Source of the DNA: Ostrea edulis
Lineage: Eukaryota
Length of the DNA: 64,000 nucleotides
Direction of reading: 5' to 3'
Assembly: GCF_947568905.1 (NCBI RefSeq)
Contig: NC_079171.1
Span: 25,358,001 to 25,422,000 of the forward strand
Position 1 is the stretch's first letter; every line of letters begins with the position of its first letter. The position numbers were made by a program, and so were the translations under genes. The notes beneath the pieces were generated by a model. The model searched no databases. It was not told where the DNA came from and saw only the letters and a list, made by a program, of their open reading frames with translations. Shown piece by piece: positions 19,984-29,251 of the stretch.

Positions 19984-20990
19984 TTAGGAGCAGTACAGAA
20001 ATCGATATGAAACACAAGACGCCACTGAATAATGTGAGCGTATCGGCGATATGCTTAAATGAGGAGTTTTCATATATGATACAGCAACCTTACACTTTTA
20101 TTTACAAATCTGCCGATATGAAACAAACCTCCAAACCGCATGATTGTCCTGTAGCTTGGTACGAGGTTACAAATATAAGTCGTCCGGCTATAATAAAGTG
20201 TGGTGGAACAGATTGGCTGAAATATCTACACATCTTGTGTATGATACATGGATCGATGACTATGGTAAAAATTGGCTATGATATTGTGGATAAACTACAA
20301 AGTAACCACCGTATAAAGTTAGACAATCCGATTGGTCGAGCCGCATCGAAAGTTGATTTATCAATAATGTGCTTACGACACATGGAAACTATAGCATTCA
20401 TAAACTCATTACGATTCCGAGATCACATGAGAATGATTACGCTCACGTGTTATGCCGGAATCTTCTCTAAGCTGTATCAGCAGTGTGGCACATGGGTACC
20501 ACATCTTCGTTCGATATATTCAACTAACAGTTACGCCGGATATTTAGAGTCTATTTCAAACATTACTAGTGGTAATATGTACGATGCTGGCATAGTCGTC
20601 GTTACCGATACTGCTGTTTTGGGCGAAATTGCTAACATGATGTTATCAACTCAAAAATCGTGTGGAGGTCGTCATAGACTGTGTATTATTTACATACCGT
20701 CGGGAAACGAGTTTTATGCAATACAACCTTCCGATTATGTTGTATCGAAGTATGGATCTTCCGATGTTAATCAAGGTGTGACAGCATTCGATGCTATTTA
20801 CAACAAGACTTGGGTACGACCCCCTACAAACCCACCTATCACGATTGATAATATAATCGACACCAGGACTCCAGAAGCTAAAAGAATGTTCAATGTAGAA
20901 CGGAGATCGTACAATGGGGATTTACTGAACGATTGCATATTGAAACTAACATTTGTTGCGAGGCTAGATTATGTGATTATGACGAATTAA
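19980..20990 (+). CDS. Hypothetical viral protein
   Basis: 336-aa ORF overlapping the stop of the preceding gene by 4 nt. Confidence 0.7.
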   Translation: MIRSSTEIDMKHKTPLNNVSVSAICLNEEFSYMIQQPYTFIYKSADMKQTSKPHDCPVAWYEVTNISRPAIIKCGGTDWLKYLHILCMIHGSMTMVKIGYDIVDKLQSNHRIKLDNPIGRAASKVDLSIMCLRHMETIAFINSLRFRDHMRMITLTCYAGIFSKLYQQCGTWVPHLRSIYSTNSYAGYLESISNITSGNMYDAGIVVVTDTAVLGEIANMMLSTQKSCGGRHRLCIIYIPSGNEFYAIQPSDYVVSKYGSSDVNQGVTAFDAIYNKTWVRPPTNPPITIDNIIDTRTPEAKRMFNVERRSYNGDLLNDCILKLTFVARLDYVIMTN

Positions 20991-21130
20991 CTGTTTTATG
21001 TATAGACCATTATTATTGTGTATACAATAGACAAACATTATGTGATTATATTTGTAAGAAACATTTTATTTTATAAAATTCACACAATGTATGACAATTA
21101 TGCATGTGTATGAATAAAAAACGATATACT

Positions 21131-21985
21131 TTAAAAAAAGAATTGAACAGTTTTGTCATTCATATGTACTTCGTGCTGAACAGTGTCGCCCCAATCCAAA
21201 TTCGAAGGATGTTCGAATGTCACATATTCCGCCAATACGGATCCTACTTTAGTCGTTAGTGGAGTTGTGCACTTGATCAACTTCTGCGTTATGAGGATAT
21301 ACTTTGTGTATCGCACTATGCTGCAGTGGGTATCATCGTGATTATGACAATCGAAGCATCGGAATCCTTTACACGGTATGCACAAAGAATCGACTTTTAC
21401 CGATTTACACTTCCCACACAAGAATCTATTGTTCTTGTTGATTGTGAACGCCGTTATATCGTCAATGTTGTTATCGAAAATCAATTCTGGCTCCACAGAT
21501 TGTAGGTCGTGCGCATTCTTGTACGCATATGTTACATGGCACAAGTCCTTACGTTTGTAAGTTTTAGTTTTCACATCAAAACAATCTATTTCGCTAACTC
21601 TGCGAGATACTGGCGTTTTTAGCGCACCGGTATCTACCGAAGGGTCGACGTAACACGAGTATCCTGGACAAATGCAGTTGATTACAACCGTTCGGTCTTT
21701 TATTATAGCACCACATTCGTCGGGTTTTGGAGCATCTTCATTATTCTCATCAGGTTCAGTTTCGTCCACCAATAGACAGTGGAGTTGAATGCAGCCCAAT
21801 TTTGGAATCTTGTTATCACCATTTCTGTCTGTTGTGCATCTAGATATCAATTCTGCAAACGGTTTATTGCTAGCAAGCACCTTCCCCATTGGGAATTTTA
21901 ATGCCACTTGGTTATAGTTCACTTTTACATACATCATACTCTGAACATATAATGAACGGTTCTCGTAGAGGTTACAGCTCGACAT
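21131..21985 (-). CDS. Cys-rich protein with a B-box-like zinc finger
   Basis: CGKC-x8-CIPC-x4-CFDC-HNH...H near the C-terminus. Confidence 0.55.
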   Translation of the reverse strand: MSSCNLYENRSLYVQSMMYVKVNYNQVALKFPMGKVLASNKPFAELISRCTTDRNGDNKIPKLGCIQLHCLLVDETEPDENNEDAPKPDECGAIIKDRTVVINCICPGYSCYVDPSVDTGALKTPVSRRVSEIDCFDVKTKTYKRKDLCHVTYAYKNAHDLQSVEPELIFDNNIDDITAFTINKNNRFLCGKCKSVKVDSLCIPCKGFRCFDCHNHDDTHCSIVRYTKYILITQKLIKCTTPLTTKVGSVLAEYVTFEHPSNLDWGDTVQHEVHMNDKTVQFFF

Positions 21986-22050
21986 GGTGTAATGTTCCGG
22001 CTTTACTTAAAATCGTGAACTAAAAATTAACATATATATATCGGTAAATA

Positions 22051-22064
22051 TCGAACTCGTTCGA
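22051..22064. promoter_or_regulatory. Palindrome TCGAAC-NN-GTTCGA (recurrent intergenic motif)
   Basis: Exact at 22051 and 26158; one-mismatch copies at 1502, 63315 and 63857; partial at 36560 and 37977. All copies noticed are intergenic. Confidence 0.5.
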
Positions 22065-22135
22065 TTTGTAGTGCTCGTGTACATATATATACGTTGATTA
22101 ATTCAAAATTCCGCACTTAATATTATTGCGAAAAT

Positions 22136-23194
22136 ATGCGCAATCGTAAGAGGAAGGGTTCTCCCGACGAATTACATATCGGAGCATTCAAGACAACTAA
22201 AACCGATGATGGGTACGAGCAGACGGCGATATTCGAAGGTGTGCGGAAGTATATAGACGATAGGATGCAAATATGTTTTGGAGTATCGGAAACCTTCGAT
22301 AAGATACTCGAGGAGTATAGCGGGATAGATGTCGTGCGTACAAGCAATCAATACATCGCTCCATACGACACAGTTATTACCAAACCAACCAATCAAGACA
22401 ATCGTATCGATGAATCGTTTAAACGAGTGCTATTTTGTAGATCACACATGGGTTCGGGTAAAACTAGAGCGTTTAACCGATATGTGCATAAACGATCGTC
22501 CGCATTGATATTGTCCACTAGAGTGACTTATACCAATGATATAGTTTCTAAATACACACAGTTTATTAACTATCGGGATATTCCTCGCGAAACTCCAATC
22601 ACATACTTAGATCACCCAAAGTTAGTACTACAGTACCAGTCATTACGCAGAATTTTGGACATTGGTACCACTGAGAAAAACGCGCATTGGAGTGTCGTAT
22701 TCCTGGACGAGTTGGATGCCATATTCAAGGAAATGGTTTGTACTGGGACTATGGATGCGTATCAAAGAACTAAGAACTTAGCGTATTTCATCAAAGTTAT
22801 ATCCAACGCCAATATCATCATAGCGTGCGATGCTAACTTGACAAATTGGCACATAGACCTCATGATGCAATGTTTGACCGGTGTTAAAATTGGTATGGCG
22901 CGCATATTGGTTAACGATTACCCAAGGAGCATAACGTGTAATGCTAAACTTATAGAACTAAAAAATGCATCGACCATCTCAGCAAGCTGTATGGGAACGT
23001 TTTACAACGTATTTCGAAACACCAAGACTAACGACGATGAGAAATCTGCATTTAAGGCAGTCCTTAGTGCAGACGTACTGATAGCAAACGCTAGAAAATT
23101 GAGTTCGCGTCAGGAATTCATTTTTCTGAATCGATTGGCTGCAGTTTTCACCAAGTGCTATGCCGGAGATTTGGGATCTCACGACGAGAATCTA
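22136..23194 (+). pseudogene. UL9: UL9-like origin-binding SF2 helicase, 5' part, disrupted by Tc1
   Basis: RSHMGSGKT, LSTRVTY, LQYQSL, FLDELD and ACDAN parallel UL9 motifs I-III. 353 codons up to the TA insertion site. Confidence 0.85.
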
Positions 23195-24700
23195 TACTCA
23201 TGGACAAAAGAAACGTTACACATGAAAAAATTATAGTAAAACAATATTTTTTCGTATAAATAAATAAAAACTTGTTTAACAACACTTCATGCTTTACTGA
23301 TTACACTGGCAAACACAACAAATGTTAAAACCTAGTCATGCGTGAATTTATCGTTGATACCCGTAAACATGGTTTCGTGGATATCGCATTGCACGTGCAA
23401 AGAAAATCATTTTCATTTTTATCAAATACTACTCAAGGTGATTCAGGCAGTAAGAAAAACATCAAAATTTTCCAACATCTTCGCGTATTGCAATGCCCCG
23501 GCTCGACAGTTCCAGTCGCGAAAGAGCAATTGGCATGTTGGAACTTGGAGCGTCGCAAGCCGACGTTGCACGGCGATTTGGGGTTGCAAGGATCACGATT
23601 TCTCGATTATTGCACCGTTTCAACACAACAAATTCAACAGCAGACCGCCCCCGATCTGGAAGACCTAGGGTAACAACGCCCAGGCAGGACCGCATGATAC
23701 GATTACGTCATCTACGGAACAGAACGGAAAATCCAGCAAACACTGCTGTTGGAATTCCTGGATTGCGGCGAATCAGTCGCCGAACAGTTCAACGACGTTT
23801 GTCGGCTGCAGGTCTACGTGCACGACGCCCATACAAAGGACCTATGCTGACCCAAAGACACTGCCGAGAACGACTTCAATGGGCTCGACGTCACTTGAGA
23901 TGGAGGCTTGCAGACTGGAATCACGTTCTGTTTAGTGATGAATCACGTTTCATGCTGCGCCGAGTGGATGGCAGAACACGCGTGTACCGTAGACGCGGTG
24001 AACGCTTCTCTGATGGATGTGTGCTACGCCATGACCGCTTTGGAGGCGGAAGTGTAATGATGTGGGGCGGAATAAGTGGTAATCGACGAACAGATCTTGT
24101 ACCGATCATTGGGACATTAAATGCACAACGATACCGTAATGAAATCCTTGCACAACATGTCCGTCCCTTTATCGCTGCAAATGGCGGAATTTTCCAACAG
24201 GATAATGCGCGCCCCCACGTTGCAAGAGCCAACAGAGACTTTCTTGCCAACAATCACATCGACATCTTGCCATGGCCAGCACTTTCGCCCGATTTATCGC
24301 CAATCGAGCACCTCTGGGACCAATTAGACCGTCGAGTAAGACAACGCCGCAATCAACCGGAAACGCTTGAACAGCTTAGAACTGCTTTGCAGGAAGAATG
24401 GCAAAGAATCCCTCAGGTCTCCATCAATCGTCTCATTGCTTCTATGCGTCGTCGTTGTCAAGCTGTTATCGATAACATTGGTTCTTTCACTCGTTATTGA
24501 CATTGTGAATTGAATATCCGAAGTTAACACTTTCCGGCTTTGACTCCGTAATTTGTGTATGTTCAGATTCGGGAAACCTTAGATATTTGTTGTGTTTGAA
24601 CATTCAAATTTTATTTTTTTATTCCCAAATTATATTATATTTTCATGAAATAAAATTACAGTTATACATTTTGGTGTAACGTTTCTTTTGTCCATGAGTA
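23195..24700 (+). mobile_element. Tc1/mariner DNA transposon (1506 bp)
   Basis: Perfect 27-bp TIRs TACTCATGGACAAAAGAAACGTTACAC at 23195-23221 and 24674-24700; TA at 23193-94 and 24701-02. Confidence 0.96.
23493..24500 (+). CDS. Tc1 transposase (DD34E), intact
   Basis: Paired-like HTH N-terminus; FSDESRF, QQDNARPH, SPDLSPIE with 34 residues between the second D and E. Confidence 0.96.
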   Translation: MPRLDSSSRERAIGMLELGASQADVARRFGVARITISRLLHRFNTTNSTADRPRSGRPRVTTPRQDRMIRLRHLRNRTENPANTAVGIPGLRRISRRTVQRRLSAAGLRARRPYKGPMLTQRHCRERLQWARRHLRWRLADWNHVLFSDESRFMLRRVDGRTRVYRRRGERFSDGCVLRHDRFGGGSVMMWGGISGNRRTDLVPIIGTLNAQRYRNEILAQHVRPFIAANGGIFQQDNARPHVARANRDFLANNHIDILPWPALSPDLSPIEHLWDQLDRRVRQRRNQPETLEQLRTALQEEWQRIPQVSINRLIASMRRRCQAVIDNIGSFTRY

Positions 24701-24702
24701 TA

Positions 24703-26043
24703 TTATCTAACGATGGTGGCTACTCGTTATTTGTCGACGTTGTGCAGTTGAACAAACGATGCAGTGCCGTATGCTCAACTAAAAGAACTGCCAAAATGAT
24801 ATACGCGTTGTTTACTCAACATTTTGGTAGAACCGACGAGGAAATCATTCTCGTTACGGGTGACTCGACTACGTACGTGAAGAATACTTTCATGAACAAA
24901 ATCGCTTCGTGCAAGTTGTTGATTTACACGAGTTGCCTCAAAGTTGGCGTGGACATCTCCGATACCAAATTCGACAGGGTGTACACATTTATAGACCGCA
25001 GAAACCCAGTTCTCGTTTCAGACATGGTGCAGATGATTGGGCGTGTGCGACATAGTGATGAGATCGTGGTGTGTTGGTCCAGTACCAAATCGACTGGTTT
25101 CGATGGTGTCGATTCCTCTACTGGTGAACAGTTAGTTTGCTACAAGCGCGTACAATATCCCGAGAAACACGAATTGGCATCGAAAGTTATCAAACATATC
25201 AAATCGTTTGTCGGGATAGAGCGCGAAATGAACGCGTCAGGCATCGTGTTCGTAAATTGTCTGTTAAAGAGACTCACAATCAACATCGAAGTTGACATTT
25301 TAGTCAACGGTGTATTACATAGAGACGCGAAAAGTGCCGTGGATGCTGTGTGTGCAATTGAACCTGATACATTTGGAGAAGTGATTCAACGAATCAGCGG
25401 TAAGGACGCCTCTACAGAAGCTATTGATGTCAAAAATGCCATTTCTACGCACATGATCAATGTGACAAACATGTGTACGGGATGTGACTCGTACGAAATT
25501 TATACGAGACCTGATGCAGATACGAATATGAACACCAGTGCCAAGGAAATCCGATTCTTCAATTTCCTGTCATCGTACTACACCATAAAGGGTTTCGTGT
25601 CAGTACTGTGCGAATTTGAACCCAACAGATTGGTGAAGATTTGCAATGAAAGGAGGAGTTGTGTGTTAGATATAGATTTGTTCAGCGAATATCGCGACAA
25701 GAAAGCTGACATTCTAGATACATATGTGGACTGTATCAATTTCATAATCAAGAAAATCAAGAGTCTATCTAGTAGAGCCACAGAGTTGTCGTATACAAAT
25801 TTCCACGACTTCGTTAAAAACTTAAAACAGTATATGAATTATGAAGACAGATCTACGTGTTTAGAAGATGGTTTGATAAAGAGTCTGTACACCAATCTGG
25901 TCGATGCTGAGGAAGAAGATGATATTATATCAATGAAGCGAGCGATCGAATGCTTGTGTCCCACCAAGTGCTTAGACTTAAAATGGTTCGATATTGAGAA
26001 ATTTATATACTGTCAGTGTACCCACGATGTATATTATGATTAA
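24703..26043 (+). pseudogene. UL9: UL9-like helicase, 3' part
   Basis: LLIYTSCLKVGVD (motif V) and DMVQMIGRVR (motif VI). Joins the 5' part in frame (DENL-LSNDGG) to give 799 aa. Confidence 0.85.
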
Positions 26044-26248
26044 TTTGTTATATACACCAATGTTATTATATGTTGATGATATTATGTTATGTTGTTTTTT
26101 GAATTATATGTGATAAAACTAGTGCATTGTTAAAAGAATACATAGTTTCGTTATACTTCGAACTCGTTCGATTTTTTGGGGGCTGTCAGTAGGTGATTCG
26201 CACATACATTAATTCAATCATACAACCATTGATTATCGACGATCGAAC

Positions 26249-26830
26249 ATGTCTAGAGTCACTATTTATAAGAGGAAGGCTGAATCGCGTCGTGAATTCC
26301 CGTTGATCATATGCAGCAACGGTGGAGGACAACGATGGGTTAATAATCGTAGCAAAAAAAACTTGTACATTAGACGGAAAATGGCCAAGGGTCGGGTAGA
26401 GTCAAGATCGGATCGTGTCACCAAACCATTCGACGTCAATGATGATATGTGGAGATCTCACTTTTCTGATCGTAGATATTTCGAATTTGATGGATTTGAA
26501 CATGGTCGACGTGTCTACAAAAAAACATTTCGACATTGGGATATTATGGAGAATGGAATACCAACAAGAAAAGAACATATTTATTTCGCGTGTTTTGCTA
26601 TACGCATATTCGAATATAACGGTTACCACTTTACATTTTGTAGCGATCGCCAGCCACAAAATTATCCAGGTGTTTTGCGTGAAAAAGTGAAGTTGTTTAT
26701 GTCAAATTTCAGCACTGATAATATCGTTACAAAGTTTGATTTTGTAAGAGAAAAGGTTAAGGAAGACGTAGCGGCTGTATCGAATATAATACCGTTATAC
26801 AGATCAATAAAGCATGAGTTCGAGAAGTAG
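26249..26830 (+). CDS. Hypothetical basic viral protein
   Basis: 193-aa ATG ORF, Arg/Lys-rich N-terminus, preceded by the palindrome at 26158. Confidence 0.65.
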   Translation: MSRVTIYKRKAESRREFPLIICSNGGGQRWVNNRSKKNLYIRRKMAKGRVESRSDRVTKPFDVNDDMWRSHFSDRRYFEFDGFEHGRRVYKKTFRHWDIMENGIPTRKEHIYFACFAIRIFEYNGYHFTFCSDRQPQNYPGVLREKVKLFMSNFSTDNIVTKFDFVREKVKEDVAAVSNIIPLYRSIKHEFEK

Positions 26831-28301
26831 TAATGATGCTAGGGCGGTCGATGGGGACGATTTGGAAAGAATTGCGACAATCTTAGAGTGTTATACCACC
26901 GTCACAGACAACAAGGATGGTACCTTAGATGTACGTGTGTATAACAAGGATGAGAGCTATAACATCGTAACTATTAAGTTATCGAACGATGATAATGATG
27001 GATTGGAGTATTTCACAGACGGTTCGTTCTTGAACATTAGTGGTGTGATGCACAACAAACGCGTCGTCTTAAAAATACCTCTAAATTCTAAGGATAGTTT
27101 GATTAGTTGGCGCAAACTGCACGAACTAAACTCTGTTCTAAACAATGCCGTCATGATTAGTTCTGCTAATCTAAAAGTAAACGTCGAACTTGGTTTAGGA
27201 TTAGGAGACTGGTGCGGAATACCTCTAAAGCACAGGGTTCGGTTTGATGACACGTACAGTAATGCTGCCACAGGATTGGAATCCGTTAAATCATTACTGG
27301 AATTCTTCCAAGATCAAGACATACCAATGTCCACGTTTCATGTTGCTGCCGTATTGTGGCATAAGACTGGATCGAAAGATTTGGGACGAATCGTGTACGA
27401 CTTAACCAACTCGACAGTGTCATCTAAGCCTCTAAACGGGGCGCTGATAGCGTCCGTACTGTACTCGTGTATGAGTCGCGGTGAGATGAGGAATATCAAC
27501 GAGAAGTTCTCCGAGGTGTTCGGGTACAGGATTGGAACGTTCATGGACGATATTAAAAAGTACACCGAGACTGCAGTGTCGTCACAAATGGGTCGCATTA
27601 TCGCGAAGATAACAGAACTACTGAAGTACATCGATCAGTACCGTAATTGTCATCAGCAGATGGTTCACTATGTAGGCGATGTTCTACCGGATTACCACAT
27701 CACAAGCTCCTTGCATGTGGTCGGGGATGGTGACGGTGTGATGTGTAATATAAATTCTAATGTAGCCGGATGTGACAGTCGAACATGTGTCAAATTCAAC
27801 AACACTCATCAAATGTTTCTCGGGGAGTACAAGCATACCATACTACATGCATGTCAGTATGTTAGACTAAGCATAATAGATCGTCTAAAAGCGGTACTTG
27901 GCATATTGAATGTTGTGACCGGATCGGAAACTAATCACCCTACGTATAGCGACAATTTGGATTACTACTTAATTAACTACAAAGATGATTCGGCGAATAA
28001 TCATCAAGTATGCCATATTGTCGGCAAGCAATACCATTATAAGAAAGGTCTTGGTAAAAAAAATATGCCTGATGAGTTGAAGGTGAAAACGTGTTGTCAG
28101 ATCATCATTAAGGTGTTCACAACGGGTTCGGGAAGTAACTCAAGATTTGTGAATATGCGCAATATATTCTCAGACCATACGAAATTCAAAGATGTACACG
28201 CATTAAAGCAGACGGTGTTCAAAGTATTGAACGATTGGAAACGCGAGGCGGAACTAGGGCTGACGGTCATTCCTGACAGAATTCTATTCACCAGTCGTTA
28301 G
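26814..28301 (+). CDS. Hypothetical viral protein, possible cyclin/TFIIB-like helical repeat
   Basis: 495-aa ORF; segment GALIASVLYSCMSRGEMRNINEKFSEVFG resembles a TFIIB repeat (weak). Confidence 0.6.
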   Translation: MSSRSSNDARAVDGDDLERIATILECYTTVTDNKDGTLDVRVYNKDESYNIVTIKLSNDDNDGLEYFTDGSFLNISGVMHNKRVVLKIPLNSKDSLISWRKLHELNSVLNNAVMISSANLKVNVELGLGLGDWCGIPLKHRVRFDDTYSNAATGLESVKSLLEFFQDQDIPMSTFHVAAVLWHKTGSKDLGRIVYDLTNSTVSSKPLNGALIASVLYSCMSRGEMRNINEKFSEVFGYRIGTFMDDIKKYTETAVSSQMGRIIAKITELLKYIDQYRNCHQQMVHYVGDVLPDYHITSSLHVVGDGDGVMCNINSNVAGCDSRTCVKFNNTHQMFLGEYKHTILHACQYVRLSIIDRLKAVLGILNVVTGSETNHPTYSDNLDYYLINYKDDSANNHQVCHIVGKQYHYKKGLGKKNMPDELKVKTCCQIIIKVFTTGSGSNSRFVNMRNIFSDHTKFKDVHALKQTVFKVLNDWKREAELGLTVIPDRILFTSR

Positions 28302-28395
28302 ACAATATGGGTTGAATTATATATATATATATATATATTATATATATTTTACGTAGTCGATATAATTATGCTATATATTTTATACTTTTTGAAAA

Positions 28396-29151
28396 ATGAA
28401 TGCTATTAACCGCTATAGAGAACGAGAAGTTTACCATAAGAGGGAGAACTCGATGGTTGTTAAATGTGTCGATATATACGACGAAAACAAGGAGTATATT
28501 ATGAAGCGAATTACCGGAGTGAAGGACTTTTTTCAAAATGAAAAGGATTGTTTAGATTTGTTGAAATCGTGTAAGCACGTTCCGAAAATTGTACGAACAT
28601 TTGACAATAGTTCTTCAACATGGGTGATAATTATGGAATATATTCCATCTAGAACTTTGCTACAATGTGGGAAATTGACTGTGGCGCAGATTGAGAAATT
28701 GTTCGAGACATTCCAGACTGTGTTAAACATATTGTATCGCGGCGGGTTTATCATGTTGGATATTAAACCCGATAATATTCTCGTGGATGACAAATTTAAC
28801 TTTTACATCATTGATTTCGGAGGGTGCGTTCGCATGAACGAGTTGAGACAATCTAGTCTGGTCTACACTGAAGAATATTTACCACCAGAGTACGAACATA
28901 GTGATCCTGTCTATACTGGCTTATTTTACTACATGGCCGTATGGAACGTTGGTATATGTTTATATTACGCATTGTATGGTGATATTAATTGGGAACTAGA
29001 AGACACGGTGTGTTTGAGACAAAAACGATTGGTGGACAGAGATGATACGCCGTGTCATAGCAAAAAAATTGTTAGACTGTTGAACAAACTTATGAATGTA
29101 TGTACTTCTCGCATGCCTTATAGTAAAATGTTGCATACTAAATTAAAATAA
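28396..29151 (+). CDS. Ser/Thr protein kinase
   Basis: YIMK (beta-3 Lys), alphaC Glu (NEKD), MLDIKPDNIL catalytic loop, DFG, PPE. No GxGxxG loop visible. Confidence 0.9.
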   Translation: MNAINRYREREVYHKRENSMVVKCVDIYDENKEYIMKRITGVKDFFQNEKDCLDLLKSCKHVPKIVRTFDNSSSTWVIIMEYIPSRTLLQCGKLTVAQIEKLFETFQTVLNILYRGGFIMLDIKPDNILVDDKFNFYIIDFGGCVRMNELRQSSLVYTEEYLPPEYEHSDPVYTGLFYYMAVWNVGICLYYALYGDINWELEDTVCLRQKRLVDRDDTPCHSKKIVRLLNKLMNVCTSRMPYSKMLHTKLK

Positions 29152-29251
29152 ATGTGGAGACTTATGTATTAGTTTTTGTATTATTTATATCATACGCATT
29201 TGCTAAATATTGTTGCGCATACCGGTGTAAAATATATATCGAACCTGTAGT

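Noticed and set aside
20580-20710. A32-like ATPase in 19980-20990 (IVVVTD...GGRH..CII)
   Set aside because: No Walker A; resemblance too short.
23338-23695. Short ORFs in the Tc1 5' region
   Set aside because: UTR or shadow frames of the transposase, with no motifs.
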